Source: Eledone cirrhosa
Lineage: Eukaryota
Assembly: GCA_964016885.1 (NCBI GenBank)
Contig: OZ024762.1
Location: forward strand, 11,656,001-11,720,000
Length of the DNA stretch: 64,000 nucleotides
Direction of reading: 5' to 3'
Every line of letters begins with the position of its first letter. Positions within the stretch are counted from its first letter, which is position 1. The position numbers were made by a program, and so were the translations under genes. The notes under the pieces are model-generated. The model saw nothing but the letters and a program-made list of their open reading frames with translations, ran no database searches and was not told the DNA's origin. Shown one piece after another: positions 53,627 to 64,000 of this stretch.

Positions 53627-56600
53627 ATGGAAACCATTCTTCAGCTATCCGTTTCCTGGATAATTTTTGCTTCTGCCCTACTATCTTTCCAACTCTACAA
53701 GCCCACAGGAGCAAGTTACATCAATGATTCAATATCATTGAAATACATACAGCCCTCTAAAACATTTGTTCTGTTACCTAGACCTAGTTCAAACCATATT
53801 CCGGTGAGGAAAACACAGACCAGTTTACAGTCATCACCGTTTGGTTCCAACGGAAAAGTTGGACGACTTAAAAAGCAAGAATTAAAATACTCGCAGACTT
53901 CTATAGCAGATTTAAACTGTAGATATAAAAACATTCTTTACAAATTGTTCTCTAGCAAAAATCTACAATTGAAAAACCGGAATTGTAAATGGCATAATAC
54001 AATTTCCAAACCACATCCAGTAAAAGGTCATTTTCCTCAGTTCTTAGAGCAACAGAAATTGTATTTGGAACGTTTTAAGCGATCAGCAAGCAATTTACAA
54101 AATCAAACTAATGAAATTGAGAAAAGGAAATCTCTAAAACAAAATGGTACTTCCAACGAGATTCTAGCTATTAACAATAGCATCCCTAATCCACCTCCTA
54201 GAATTAACAAACCAGCAGTGACTGTTGCCTCTTCCACTCGTAATACACGGCGTAAAATTACAAAATCGGCAACAGCTTCTACCAATTCTCCTCGCAGTAA
54301 ACAACATAAAACTTTAAAGCCAACAAGAGCTGCTGCTACTAACTCCACTCGTAAGCCACGACCTAAGACCACAAAAGTAAGGCCAACTACCACCAGCACC
54401 ACTCGTAAGCCACGACCTAAAACCACAAAAGTAAGACCACCCACCACTAAAACCACTCGTAAGCCACGACCTAAGACCACAAAAGTAAGACCACCCACCA
54501 CTAAAACCACTCGTAAGCCACGACCTAAAACCACAAAAGTAAGACCACCCACCACTAAAACCACTCGTAAGCCACGACCTAAGACCACAAATGCAAGGCC
54601 AACTACCACCAGCACCACTCGTAAGCCACGACCTAAGACCACAAAAGTAAGACCACCCACCACCAAAACCACTCGTAAGCCACGACCTAAGACCACAAAA
54701 GTAAGACCAACTTTCACCATCACTACCCATAAACCACAAACTAAGACCACAAAAAGAAGACCATCCACCAGCAAGGCTACCCGTAAACCACGACCAAAGA
54801 TTACAAAACTAACAGTTGCCGCTACAAATGCCACTCATAGATTGCAACATAAGAATGTTAAACCAGTCATAACGGCCTCCTTGGTCGATAATCCAATACT
54901 AGCTGCTTCCTTCATTCATAATCAACCTAATAAGATTACTATAACACCAACAACAACAGCAGCTGCTAGTTTAGTTAAAACTAAAGTCATTACAAACATT
55001 GACACTAAAACTATTCCTTACAATCAACATCAAACATTTTCATCTTCATTACCAAAGATTTTTCCTTCGACAGTTCTGCTCCCTCACAGTTCAATCATGG
55101 CTTCTAAATCAGAAACTATTCTTTTGTCTTCCAGTCACCAAATGGTTTCAACTCCTTCTTTGTTTATCCAACCAGCATCAACCATTCCACAGAGTAAACT
55201 TTTAACAACAAGGGAAAGTCCCTGGGTGATACCAGCTTATAATTCCTTGCCAGTGAATACACTCACCACTTCAACAAATATTCATTCTGTAACTAATTCT
55301 GAACTTCTGACAAGTCTGCAGTTGTTAAGTAAAGATGTGACATTAACATCATCAAGAATCACATCCATGACTGGATCATCTTCGCACCAGTTATATTCTA
55401 GTAGTGAGGAACCTCTTATGACCAAAATGCCGACACCATTTATAACCTTACAACTGAGGAATACTAAGAATAACTCTACCAATGCCAAGAGTCTTCCCAA
55501 GATTGAAAACAATCTTGATTTGACTCCGACATTTGCATCTGCAAGTAGACGCTCTAAAAAGAATGTATCGCTTCTAAGCAACCAACTCCGTACCGCATCC
55601 CTGTCAACTTCAAACATTGTTCTGCTGTTGAATAATTCTTTATTGGCAACTTTAGACACCAAACAGGGTTCAATCCTTCACACAGCTACAGTCCTTGATC
55701 CTAATTTATCATCAAACAACCCCAAAATTGATTCAACGAAAACATTGTCCAGAAATACTTCAAGACCCTCTACAAAAGCTTCCAATGAGGCAACTACAGT
55801 TATGTTTAAATCTCCCATCCTTCCAACATATAGTATATACCGATCCTTTACTCATCACCCAAATACAGTTTCCAGTACACTGCTGCAACCAACTTTGACC
55901 ATTCGCTCCAATTCAAACAATTTCAGTCAGACATTTCTGAGTTCAAAGCACAGGGTTGTTAGCATAGATAGGGCCTCAGTTTCAAGCAAGTTACCAACCA
56001 CATATGTAACTGACAGGACTAAAACTACGGTAGAAACAAAATCTAGTACCTTTAAAACAACAACAATTGAGGCAACATCCAAACCACTGATTACTTCAAC
56101 ATCAGAACCTTCTACGACAAATTTTAGTGTGAAAAAACTTAAGATCACTCAGGACTCATACATAATTGTCCCTGATTGGAAAATAGCCAAGCAAGAATGG
56201 AAAGCAGCTTGGCATGTCCACATTTATATTTTTGGTTCTATCTTTGCTCTTCTCGCCATCTATTTGTTGGTCTCTCTGCTGCGACTACGACATACAACAC
56301 ACTTACTCAACAGTTATTACTTTGTGGCAGTAAACCTGCTTCTCTTTATATTTTGTCTGTTGAGAGCCCTGTTCTTGTTGGTCGACGGTTACAATTCGAA
56401 TCATACTTACCCTTATCTGGTAGGATTCCTCTTGTATTATTTGGCATTTCCTTGCCTCACATCACCGTTTTCATTAATCTTTTATACGTTCCTTAAAACT
56501 GCCAAAGTTCAGTATTTATCCTCCAAATTCCAATGTCTCCCTTTGTTAATTACTGTTATAATCCTCCATTTTATCTTGCCCATCACAGCAGCTGTTCTCA

Positions 56601-57895
56601 TAGGACTCGACCTTGCTGTCAAAATTCTTTTGTTTGTCTGCCAGATTTTCTTCGTTCTCTGGGGTCTTCTCCTCTTCTTGGGTTACATAGTTGTTTACAA
56701 AAGATTGCATTTTGCTGCTGAGAAAAGACAAAAACTTTTACTTCAATTACGGGAAGCCAAAATCCACATGGACAATTACACTATATATAAAGAACGGCTT
56801 ACCCTCTGTCTTGGTGTAACTGTTGCCCTCTTTAGCTCTGTTATTGGTACCTTTTGTACATGTCTCCAAGTATATTCAGCCCTTTATTTTCTGGGTGTTT
56901 TCCCAAATGAACTTCCTAGACCGTGGCCTTGGTGGGGCTACCAAACTGCTGTTTGCTTCTTCGAGTTCTTGTTCTGTATAATAACCATTTACATCACCAC
57001 ACTTCCCTTTAAGCACCGCAGCAAGTATGGCTGCGACCCTTGGTTCTACTGTTCGTCTTATACGTGGTTGTGCCACAAAGAATACTCATGGAATTCTCAC
57101 AAAGACATCAACTGGAGCAACATGGACGAAAATATCAGTAGCATAGGAATTTCTAAAGACACGCGCCGCAAAGAAATCAAAGCAGCGGGTTACGAAATAA
57201 TCCCTTTAACAATTTCTCTCAGTCAGGAAAATGAAAACTTAGCTTTGGACAACTCCGAGTCGGACTCAATGTTGATCGTTCAAAATGGATTTGTGCGATT
57301 CCGTACCAACGAAGAGCTGGAAGAGTTACGCCAGAGCCCAAGAGTACCGAGAATGCATGCTGTAGCACCAATTCCTGTCTCGATTCCCAAAGTTCCGAAA
57401 ACTCTCCAGTGGAGTGATAATACTACTACTAGTAGTAGTAGTAGTAAGTACCATCAAAACAGTGGGTTTCAGGCAAAGGATGCACTTCTCAGTTCATCTC
57501 CTGAATGTCTATCATCATCGACCTCTCCTCCATCGTCTCAATTTAATCGTGTGAGCACAGCCGGAAGTGAACTAACGTTCAAGGCACCATCACTGAGTTT
57601 GGCTAGTAGCATTGACAAGGAGCTGGAACATTTTTTCTGTCATTCGAGTCGCCGCTCGCTTTCTAGTGTCACATCTGCTGACGTCCTGGCTATAGACGAG
57701 GACTCCTCTAGTGACAGTTCTGTCTTTCAGACTGATGACAATGCTGACGCCATAGAAACCGTTGAAGACAAGTCCAAGCAGATGCCGTCCTTCTTTCTGA
57801 CTGAGGATCCTGAAGATAGTTTGAAAAGTACAGGACACTCTAGTGAGAAGGACTTCTTTAATGTCACCGACTATATCTTTCACAGTCAAAAATAA
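53627..57895 (+). CDS. PRRT3/PRRT4-like (proline-rich transmembrane protein family) 7-TM membrane protein with a long mucin-like ectodomain, 1422 aa, single coding exon
   Basis: 4.27-kb open frame in non-repetitive sequence; strong start context cacagcATGG. N-terminal hydrophobic signal peptide (METILQLSVSWIIFASALLSFQLYKPTGA), RFKR furin motif at aa 149-152, S/T/P-rich stalk, seven hydrophobic segments at ~56200-57010. Motifs W..H.Y, LRA.FLLVDGY, LYYLAFPCL, LQVY and PWPWWGYQ...E resemble the PRRT3/PRRT4 TM domain as I recall it. Ser/acidic cytoplasmic tail. Confidence 0.88.
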   Translation: METILQLSVSWIIFASALLSFQLYKPTGASYINDSISLKYIQPSKTFVLLPRPSSNHIPVRKTQTSLQSSPFGSNGKVGRLKKQELKYSQTSIADLNCRYKNILYKLFSSKNLQLKNRNCKWHNTISKPHPVKGHFPQFLEQQKLYLERFKRSASNLQNQTNEIEKRKSLKQNGTSNEILAINNSIPNPPPRINKPAVTVASSTRNTRRKITKSATASTNSPRSKQHKTLKPTRAAATNSTRKPRPKTTKVRPTTTSTTRKPRPKTTKVRPPTTKTTRKPRPKTTKVRPPTTKTTRKPRPKTTKVRPPTTKTTRKPRPKTTNARPTTTSTTRKPRPKTTKVRPPTTKTTRKPRPKTTKVRPTFTITTHKPQTKTTKRRPSTSKATRKPRPKITKLTVAATNATHRLQHKNVKPVITASLVDNPILAASFIHNQPNKITITPTTTAAASLVKTKVITNIDTKTIPYNQHQTFSSSLPKIFPSTVLLPHSSIMASKSETILLSSSHQMVSTPSLFIQPASTIPQSKLLTTRESPWVIPAYNSLPVNTLTTSTNIHSVTNSELLTSLQLLSKDVTLTSSRITSMTGSSSHQLYSSSEEPLMTKMPTPFITLQLRNTKNNSTNAKSLPKIENNLDLTPTFASASRRSKKNVSLLSNQLRTASLSTSNIVLLLNNSLLATLDTKQGSILHTATVLDPNLSSNNPKIDSTKTLSRNTSRPSTKASNEATTVMFKSPILPTYSIYRSFTHHPNTVSSTLLQPTLTIRSNSNNFSQTFLSSKHRVVSIDRASVSSKLPTTYVTDRTKTTVETKSSTFKTTTIEATSKPLITSTSEPSTTNFSVKKLKITQDSYIIVPDWKIAKQEWKAAWHVHIYIFGSIFALLAIYLLVSLLRLRHTTHLLNSYYFVAVNLLLFIFCLLRALFLLVDGYNSNHTYPYLVGFLLYYLAFPCLTSPFSLIFYTFLKTAKVQYLSSKFQCLPLLITVIILHFILPITAAVLIGLDLAVKILLFVCQIFFVLWGLLLFLGYIVVYKRLHFAAEKRQKLLLQLREAKIHMDNYTIYKERLTLCLGVTVALFSSVIGTFCTCLQVYSALYFLGVFPNELPRPWPWWGYQTAVCFFEFLFCIITIYITTLPFKHRSKYGCDPWFYCSSYTWLCHKEYSWNSHKDINWSNMDENISSIGISKDTRRKEIKAAGYEIIPLTISLSQENENLALDNSESDSMLIVQNGFVRFRTNEELEELRQSPRVPRMHAVAPIPVSIPKVPKTLQWSDNTTTSSSSSKYHQNSGFQAKDALLSSSPECLSSSTSPPSSQFNRVSTAGSELTFKAPSLSLASSIDKELEHFFCHSSRRSLSSVTSADVLAIDEDSSSDSSVFQTDDNADAIETVEDKSKQMPSFFLTEDPEDSLKSTGHSSEKDFFNVTDYIFHSQK
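54347..54724 (+). repeat. Coding tandem repeat: 7 near-perfect 54-bp units (TRKPRPKTTKVRPPTTKT) plus degenerate flanking units
   Basis: actcgtaagccacgacctaa recurs every 54 bp (54347, 54401, 54455 ...). Confidence 0.95.
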
Positions 57896-58549
57896 TCTGT
57901 CTGCTGTTAAAAACAAAAACAAAAAAACTTCCCTTGTTAACAAAAAAAAAAAGAAATTAACTTTTTTCTTTTGCATTTTTTAGAGAGAAAAAATAATAAT
58001 GATGATGATGATAATAATAATAATGATATAATGCACAAAAGAAATAAGCGAAAAGAGAAGATTTGAAAAAGAAGGGGAATAATGTTTGTGGCATGGTAGA
58101 GCTATATTATTCATAAGGTTGACCAAGCTGAAGATTAATGACCCCTCATACACACCCTGTCTCTTTTGGGTTTTTTTTGTGGCTCTAGTGATGGTGAAAG
58201 ATTGAAATGCCAGAGATGTGCCCCCAAATACCTGAAAAGCCTAGTGGGACTCTGGTCATGGGGTTATACAGCCCAGGAAATAAGAAAGGAGGAAGTGGGA
58301 GAGAGAAGGATAAGATATGGCTGTGAATATTTTCTTTTCTATAAGGTTCAATGATAAAAAGACAGATTATATGCTGAAGTTTCATGTACAATTGAGGTTT
58401 TACTTTAACCTTTAGCATGCTGAATCCTTTTTTATGAATTGCTTCTCTTGTCACTGTTCTGTATTAAGGGGATATTACTCTATCGGTGACATAAGTCGCC
58501 GACAGTGCCCAGAAGATTAAAATCTAATTGTACAATGTAGGAGTTGAAC

Positions 58550-58810
58550 CTCATCGGTCCTGGTGATGAGTGTTCCAGTTGTTTGATCAATGGAACAGCC
58601 TACTTGTGGGGGTTAATGTGCAAGTGGCTGAGCATTCCCCAGAGATGTGCACCCTTAACATAGTTCTCAGGGAGATTCAGCTTGACACAGTCTGACAAAG
58701 CTGGCCCTTTGAATTAAAAGTACTAATCATTTTTTTTTCCCAACTGAGTAGACTGGAGCAATGTGAAATAAAGTGTCTTGCTCAAGGATACAACACACTA
58801 CCAGGAATTA
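58550..58810 (-). mobile_element. SINE with family-A central motif and a different 3' body, downstream of the CDS
   Basis: gagcaatgtgaaataaagtgtcttgctcaagg shared with 32010-32040. Confidence 0.6.
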
Positions 58811-59426
58811 TATGAGCAAGACATAGTCACCTGACCTGACTTGCCTCTAATGGGACAATCCGTCTAACCCATGCTAGTGTGGAAAATGGACGTTAAACGA
58901 TGATGATGATCCTGCTTTGTTTAACCCTTTTGTAACCTTTTTTTAACAAGAGTATACTTTGCTGTTCAGAGTCGTTAGAACCGGCTCTCAGCACTCTGAG
59001 TTCAAATCCCACCGAGGCTAACTTTGCCTGTCATCCATTCGAGGTTGATAAAATAAAGTACCAGTCCAGTACTGGGGTCGATTCTTCCACCATATCTCTT
59101 TCTTATTTTCTCTCTCTCTATCTCTCTCTCCCCCCTTCTCTGGAAGAAATCGGCTTTGTTCTGACCTAGAGAGAGGATGGGTTCTGCCAGGTTTAAAATG
59201 CCCAAGAAATGCTGTATGCCACTTCATACCCTTTACACCTCCATAATGAGTTACGGGTCTGTAGAGACATACTTGGCTGTTATATTTTAATTAACAAGAT
59301 AATTAAGAATTATGAGAGGTTTAGTGCAATAATTAACTTTCTACTTATTTTGCCTTTTATTAATATTATTATATTAATAAAAGACAAATATTTAACTATT
59401 GAAATCTAATATTATCTTTTTTGTCG

Positions 59427-59622
59427 CAGACCTGTCAACTCTCCCTGTCTGACGGGGGGATCTTCCACCCACTTTGGCATGAGTGAGATATGTCTACTCT
59501 TGTGAAAATGGGTATAGCTTTCATTATGTAAAATCTCCCCATTTTTGCCCTGTTTCTTCCCGTTTTGGGGCACTTCTTTTCATGGTACTCCTCGTTTGGG
59601 TTTTTAGAGGTTGGCAGGTCTG
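59427..59622. mobile_element. ~196-bp MITE with CAGACCTGYCAAC terminal inverted repeats
   Basis: cagacctgtcaact ... aggttggcaggtctg; flanks ttgtcg / ttgttg may be a TSD. Confidence 0.6.
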
Positions 59623-59759
59623 TTGTTGTAACAAGATTTCAGTTCAGGATTTGAATGTAAATTTGATCACTTTAACAGAGGAAGTTTCGGGTTATTTTCT
59701 CTTTAACTTTTTTGATACCACACTGCTTAAAACTGCCTGTGGTTCTGATACAAAACTGT

Positions 59760-60271
59760 TGATTTTATACTGTTTATATTTAACTAATACCCTTGCAATT
59801 TAGTTTTATGTAAGACTCTTTGATATGTTCCAAACTTCAGCTTAATAAGGAGAGTTATATATTACTAAATCCCTCCAAATTCTTGATTATTTTCAAAATT
59901 ATTTGAAAACCAAAGACAGTGTCTTTCATTAGAAATATAGTAACGAGAGGGTTATCTAAACCCATCATAATTTTATGTAAAAATGTTGATATGTAATGTT
60001 CCAAACACCAGCTTAATAATGAGAAAGTTAGTTATATTACTAAATCCCTACAAATTTTTGGTTTATCTTCAAAATTATTTGAAAATCATAGGCAGTGTCT
60101 TTCATTAGAAATATGGTAATGAAAGGGTTAAACATAGGCAGTGTCTTTCATTAGAAATATGGTAACAAAAGGGTTAAACATAGACAGTGTCTTTCATTAG
60201 AAATATGGTAATGAAAGGGTTAATGACATAGACAGTGTCTTTCATTAGAAATATGGTAATGAAAGGGTTAA
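59760..60271 (-). repeat. Second TTAACCC-ended ~185-bp dispersed/tandem family; terminal 46-48 bp repeated 4x (60087-60271)
   Basis: cagtgtctttcattagaaatatggtaa..aagggttaa x4; related copies at 7648-7730 + 8905-9000, 20940-21305, 23627-23750, 24466-24672. Confidence 0.7.
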
Positions 60272-61098
60272 AAATTTAAGATGTGATTTGAGGGACATTA
60301 TGCTGCGATTTTTAGTAACTCTGCCTTGTGATAGTGATATTGGTATATGTTGTCCATAACAGTTCTGCAATAATGGAGCTTTAATATATTTGCAATATTT
60401 TGCTGCTTGAAGGTAGTTGATAGGCAAAAGTCGGTAGAGCGTTAGACCAAATGTTTTTATGGCAGCTTTTTCATGGCTCGTTACATTCTGAGTTCAAATC
60501 CTGCCATGGTCAACTTCGCTTTTCATCCTTCTGGGGTCCATAAATAAAGTACCAGTCACATACTGGGGCCGATATAATCGATTTAAACCTCTCCCCTAAA
60601 TTTGCTTACCTTGTACCTTGAGAAACTAATATTTGGTTGCTTATTAAGAAAAGAGGGAATAGAATGGGTCCATGTCTGAGACAGCAGAAATGGTAAACTT
60701 TCTCAAGAAGGAAGGAAGAGAGAATACCAAGCTATGCATGGCTTGCTTTTTTTTTTTATAGCTTTTTGCTTTTTTATACATACTTTGGTGTGTGTGTGTG
60801 TGTGTGTAAATATATATATATATATATCTATATATATATATATATATATAAAGAGAGAAAGAGATATATATATATATAATAATAATAATAATAATGAAAT
60901 TATTGTGTACAGTGCTCAGGTGCACTACAACTCATCAAAGGTGCATGTATAGTACATAGAATAATGTACAAATGAAGAGAGAGAGAGAGATTTAAAAATC
61001 TGTAACTATACAACTCCGGGATGAAGTTTTATCAGCTGAAACATGTGTTAGTTTGAAAATGCATAGATTCTTTATTGTTTTTTATAAATAGTATATAC

Positions 61099-61150
<52 letters not shown>

Positions 61151-61293
61151 GTATGTATATATATATGTATGTATATATATATGTATGTATGTATATATGT
61201 ATGTATGTATATATATATGTATGTATATATATATGTATGTATATATATATGTATGTATATATATATATGTATGTATATATATATGTATGTATA

Positions 61294-61393
<100 letters not shown>

Positions 61394-61432
61394 CATAATA
61401 TAAGATCAAAAGATGGTTAAAGGAGTTCCATG

Positions 61433-61503
61433 TATTTTATTATGCGCATTTCAAAAACAAACATCATCATGCAATAATATTTGTGTTTTCATCAGATAAA
61501 ACA
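61433..61503 (-). ncRNA. Hammerhead ribozyme motif (F1)
   Basis: tgttttat-CTGATGA-stem II-GAAA-TGCGCA-TA-ataaaata on the minus strand. Confidence 0.78.
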
Positions 61504-61613
61504 GGAGAACATGATATGAAAGGCTAAAAAACACTTGTGGATAGTGCAGTTGATATGTTGATTTAAAACTGCACTATCCACAAGTGTTTTTTAGCCTTCA
61601 TATCATGTTCTCC

Positions 61614-61684
61614 TGTTTTATCTGATGAAAACACAAATATTATTGCATGATGATGTTTGTTTTTGAAATGCGTATAATAAAATA
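61614..61684 (+). ncRNA. Hammerhead ribozyme motif (F1)
   Basis: tgttttat-CTGATGA-stem II-GAAA-TGCGTA-TA-ataaaata. Confidence 0.75.
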
Positions 61685-61922
61685 CATGGAACTCCTTTAA
61701 CCATCTTTTGATCTTATATTATGTATACTCCAGTCCTACAAACTGTAGAGTGCTTCTTATCCGATATCTGCATTGCTTTATTGTACTACAATAAAACTCA
61801 CCTCCTACATATGTATATATATATATATATATATGTAAAAGGTAAACAGAAATAACAACACAATCGGTACAGTATATGGAAGGAATATATTAGGTTAATG
61901 CTCGATATAGCAGGAAGAGAGT

Positions 61923-61956
61923 CTTAACGTTTCGGAGACTAGTCCTTCATCAGAAG
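61923..61956 (-). ncRNA. Ultra-minimal Penelope-type hammerhead motif; element ~61836-61960
   Basis: ctt-CTGATGA-a-gga(ctagtc)tcc-GAAA-CG-TT-aag; decayed copy of the same element at 11078-11180 (+). Confidence 0.62.
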
Positions 61957-62703
61957 GAAGAATGACAAATAAGATAGATTGAAGGGACGGGCGGGATATA
62001 TATATATATATATAACGTGAAAGGACAGAGTGGGCAAAAACAGTTTAAGCATGAGTTTGAAATTGCAAAAACAAAAACGAGGTGTAAAAAAAAATATTAT
62101 ATATACATAAAAATTATATATACATAAAAATATATAAACAACGTATGTCACATGGAAATATTTACACTTACTAGAAAGAAAAGGGGTCTGATGTTTACTG
62201 TGGGACCCTTTGACATTTTATAAAAGTAGAATAAGAAAAAAATAGGGATGATACTGAGTTGATGAGCAGATGTGGTTTGATTGGTTCACACTACACACAT
62301 ATAGTGGACATGTATGTATATGTATATATTGCATGTATTTGCTTTATTAAATAATATATTTATTTGAATAGTATTGTTATTGTAAATAGTAAAACACATT
62401 CTTTTTCTCTCTTTTTTTTTGCTATTTTATTTATTTTCATTTTTTTTTTTTTTCATTTTCTTTTGGCCAGCTGCTGCTTAGTTGTGGAAAAGACCCAGTC
62501 CATATATAAATATATATATATATAAGCATGTGTATATAGATATATATACACACATATATATATATACATATATACATATACATGTATATATATATATACA
62601 TATATTTATATATATATATAAATATATGTATATGTATATATATATATGAATGTGTGTGTATATATATACACATACATTCATATATATATTTATATATACA
62701 TAC

Positions 62704-62735
<32 letters not shown>

Positions 62736-63226
62736 CATTTATGCCTGAGCTCCCATCATTGTTGTTGTTGTTATTATTATTATCAAGGATGTTAGCTCAG
62801 GTCAACTTTGCCTTTCATCCTTACGGGGGTCGATAAAATAAAGTACCAGTAATACACTGGGGTAATTGCTGGCCTTGTGCCAAAAGTAGAAACAGTTATT
62901 ATCAAGGATGTTGAGTTGGCAGAAATGACCTGGGATGCCTCCTATCTAGATTGCAACTTCAACTTCTCTCGCTCTGGTGCCATTAGGACAGGCATGACCA
63001 CCACAACATCAATCTTTTGCTACAAATACTACCATTTAATGCTATCACTACTACTGTTGTTTCGAGTCTCACCAATAGACAGACTCATTAGTTAATGGGA
63101 TGAAATACCTTGCAGTATTTGTTCTTCAGGAAGTGAGTGGTTGTTGGGGTGAAATAAAATACCAGCTATCTACTGAGGTCAATTTAATCAATTTACCCCT
63201 TCCTCTGAAAAATTGCTGGTCTTACT

Positions 63227-63726
63227 TTAACCCTTTAGCATTTACATTATTTTATATATGTTGTTATATTTTCGCAGTAAAGGCTTTATTTCACATAATT
63301 ATCACATAATATCGAATCTACAAGATTTTGATATTATTTAGTTTGAGAACAATACCTTAACATAAGTATGAGTGGCCTGTTGTGGCCAGTTTGAACAGAG
63401 AGAGGTGAGAGAATTATGGCCGAATATCTATCTATCTATCTATCTATCTAGGGCAGGTAAAATTCCCGAGATCCATGGACGATTTCTCTCCAGCGGTCTC
63501 TGACCCTCATTATCGCTGCCATGTCCTGCGACTCCAACAGACCAGTGTCTGTCCTTAGGGCATCAACATATGATAACCTCGGTCTCCCTCTTCCAGTATG
63601 TCCATGCAGGGGCTCCCACAGGAGCACTGAGTGCAGTGTCAACTCTGGATGTCGGTGAGCATGTCCAGCTAACCTCAGTCTCCTCTGTGTGGCCGGATAT
63701 AACTGGTTTAAATGCTAAAGGGTTAA
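63227..63726 (+). mobile_element. piggyBac-like MITE without the 72-bp expansion, interrupted by an RTE fragment
   Basis: ttaaccctttagcattta ... taaatgctaaagggttaa; partial copies also at 19866-19958, 20772-20936, 21325-21750, 43576-43985. Confidence 0.85.
63428..63689 (-). mobile_element. RTE-like LINE 3' fragment (same family as 6581-7090) with (ATAG)n tail, nested in a MITE
   Basis: ORF 63448-63642(-) LLWEPLHGHTGRGRPRLSYVDALRTDTGL...; flanked by 11-bp near-identical direct repeats tggccg(a/g)atat at 63417 and 63690. Confidence 0.85.
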
Positions 63727-64000
63727 ATTAGAAATCATTATTTAATGTTAGAAAGAGTTATTATTAGTAGTATTATTATTAGGCTGAATCAGTAGAGCAT
63801 CGGACAATATGCTTTGTAATATATAGTTACAGTTCTTTATGTTCTGAGTCTAAATCCCACCAAGGTTAGCTTTGCCTTTCATCCTTACGGGGTCGATAAA
63901 ATAAAATACCAGTAATGAACTGGGATCGATTTAATTGACTTCCCCTCCCCCAAATTGCTGGCCTTGTGCCTATAGTAGAAATCCTTATTAGTATGGACCT

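Noticed and set aside
54103-54834. 243-aa antisense ORF and other ORFs overlapping the CDS
   Set aside because: Shadow frames of the coding repeat and CDS
56050-56210. Adhesion-GPCR GPS/GAIN site before TM1
   Set aside because: No C-x-C-x-H-L-T or conserved Cys/Trp pattern present

Overview
Eukaryotic, AT-rich, microsatellite-saturated animal DNA. The repeat landscape (tRNA-derived SINEs, RTE LINE remnants, long (TA)n/(CA)n tracts) suggests an octopod cephalopod, which is an inference. One credible protein-coding region is present: an uninterrupted 1422-aa ORF (53627-57895, +) encoding a PRRT3/PRRT4-like 7-TM membrane protein. It has a signal peptide, a furin site (RFKR), an 18-aa Lys/Arg/Pro/Thr repeat stalk and a mucin-like ectodomain. 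Nearly all other ORFs in the track are translations of microsatellites or tandem repeats. Two less obvious patterns run through the window. (1) About six unrelated families of short non-coding elements, mostly set in (TA)n tracts, carry minimal type-I hammerhead ribozyme motifs of the kind known from Penelope-like element pLTRs. Several are fold-back palindromes with a one-sided tail, and some encode a ribozyme on both strands. (2) Minisatellites have arisen repeatedly and independently from the same internal segments of mobile elements: an RTE segment three times (93, ~122 and 65 bp units), a piggyBac-like MITE segment twice (72 bp), and SINE segments (46, 61 and ~107 bp). All of this was read by eye; no databases were searched and no ribozyme activity is demonstrated.
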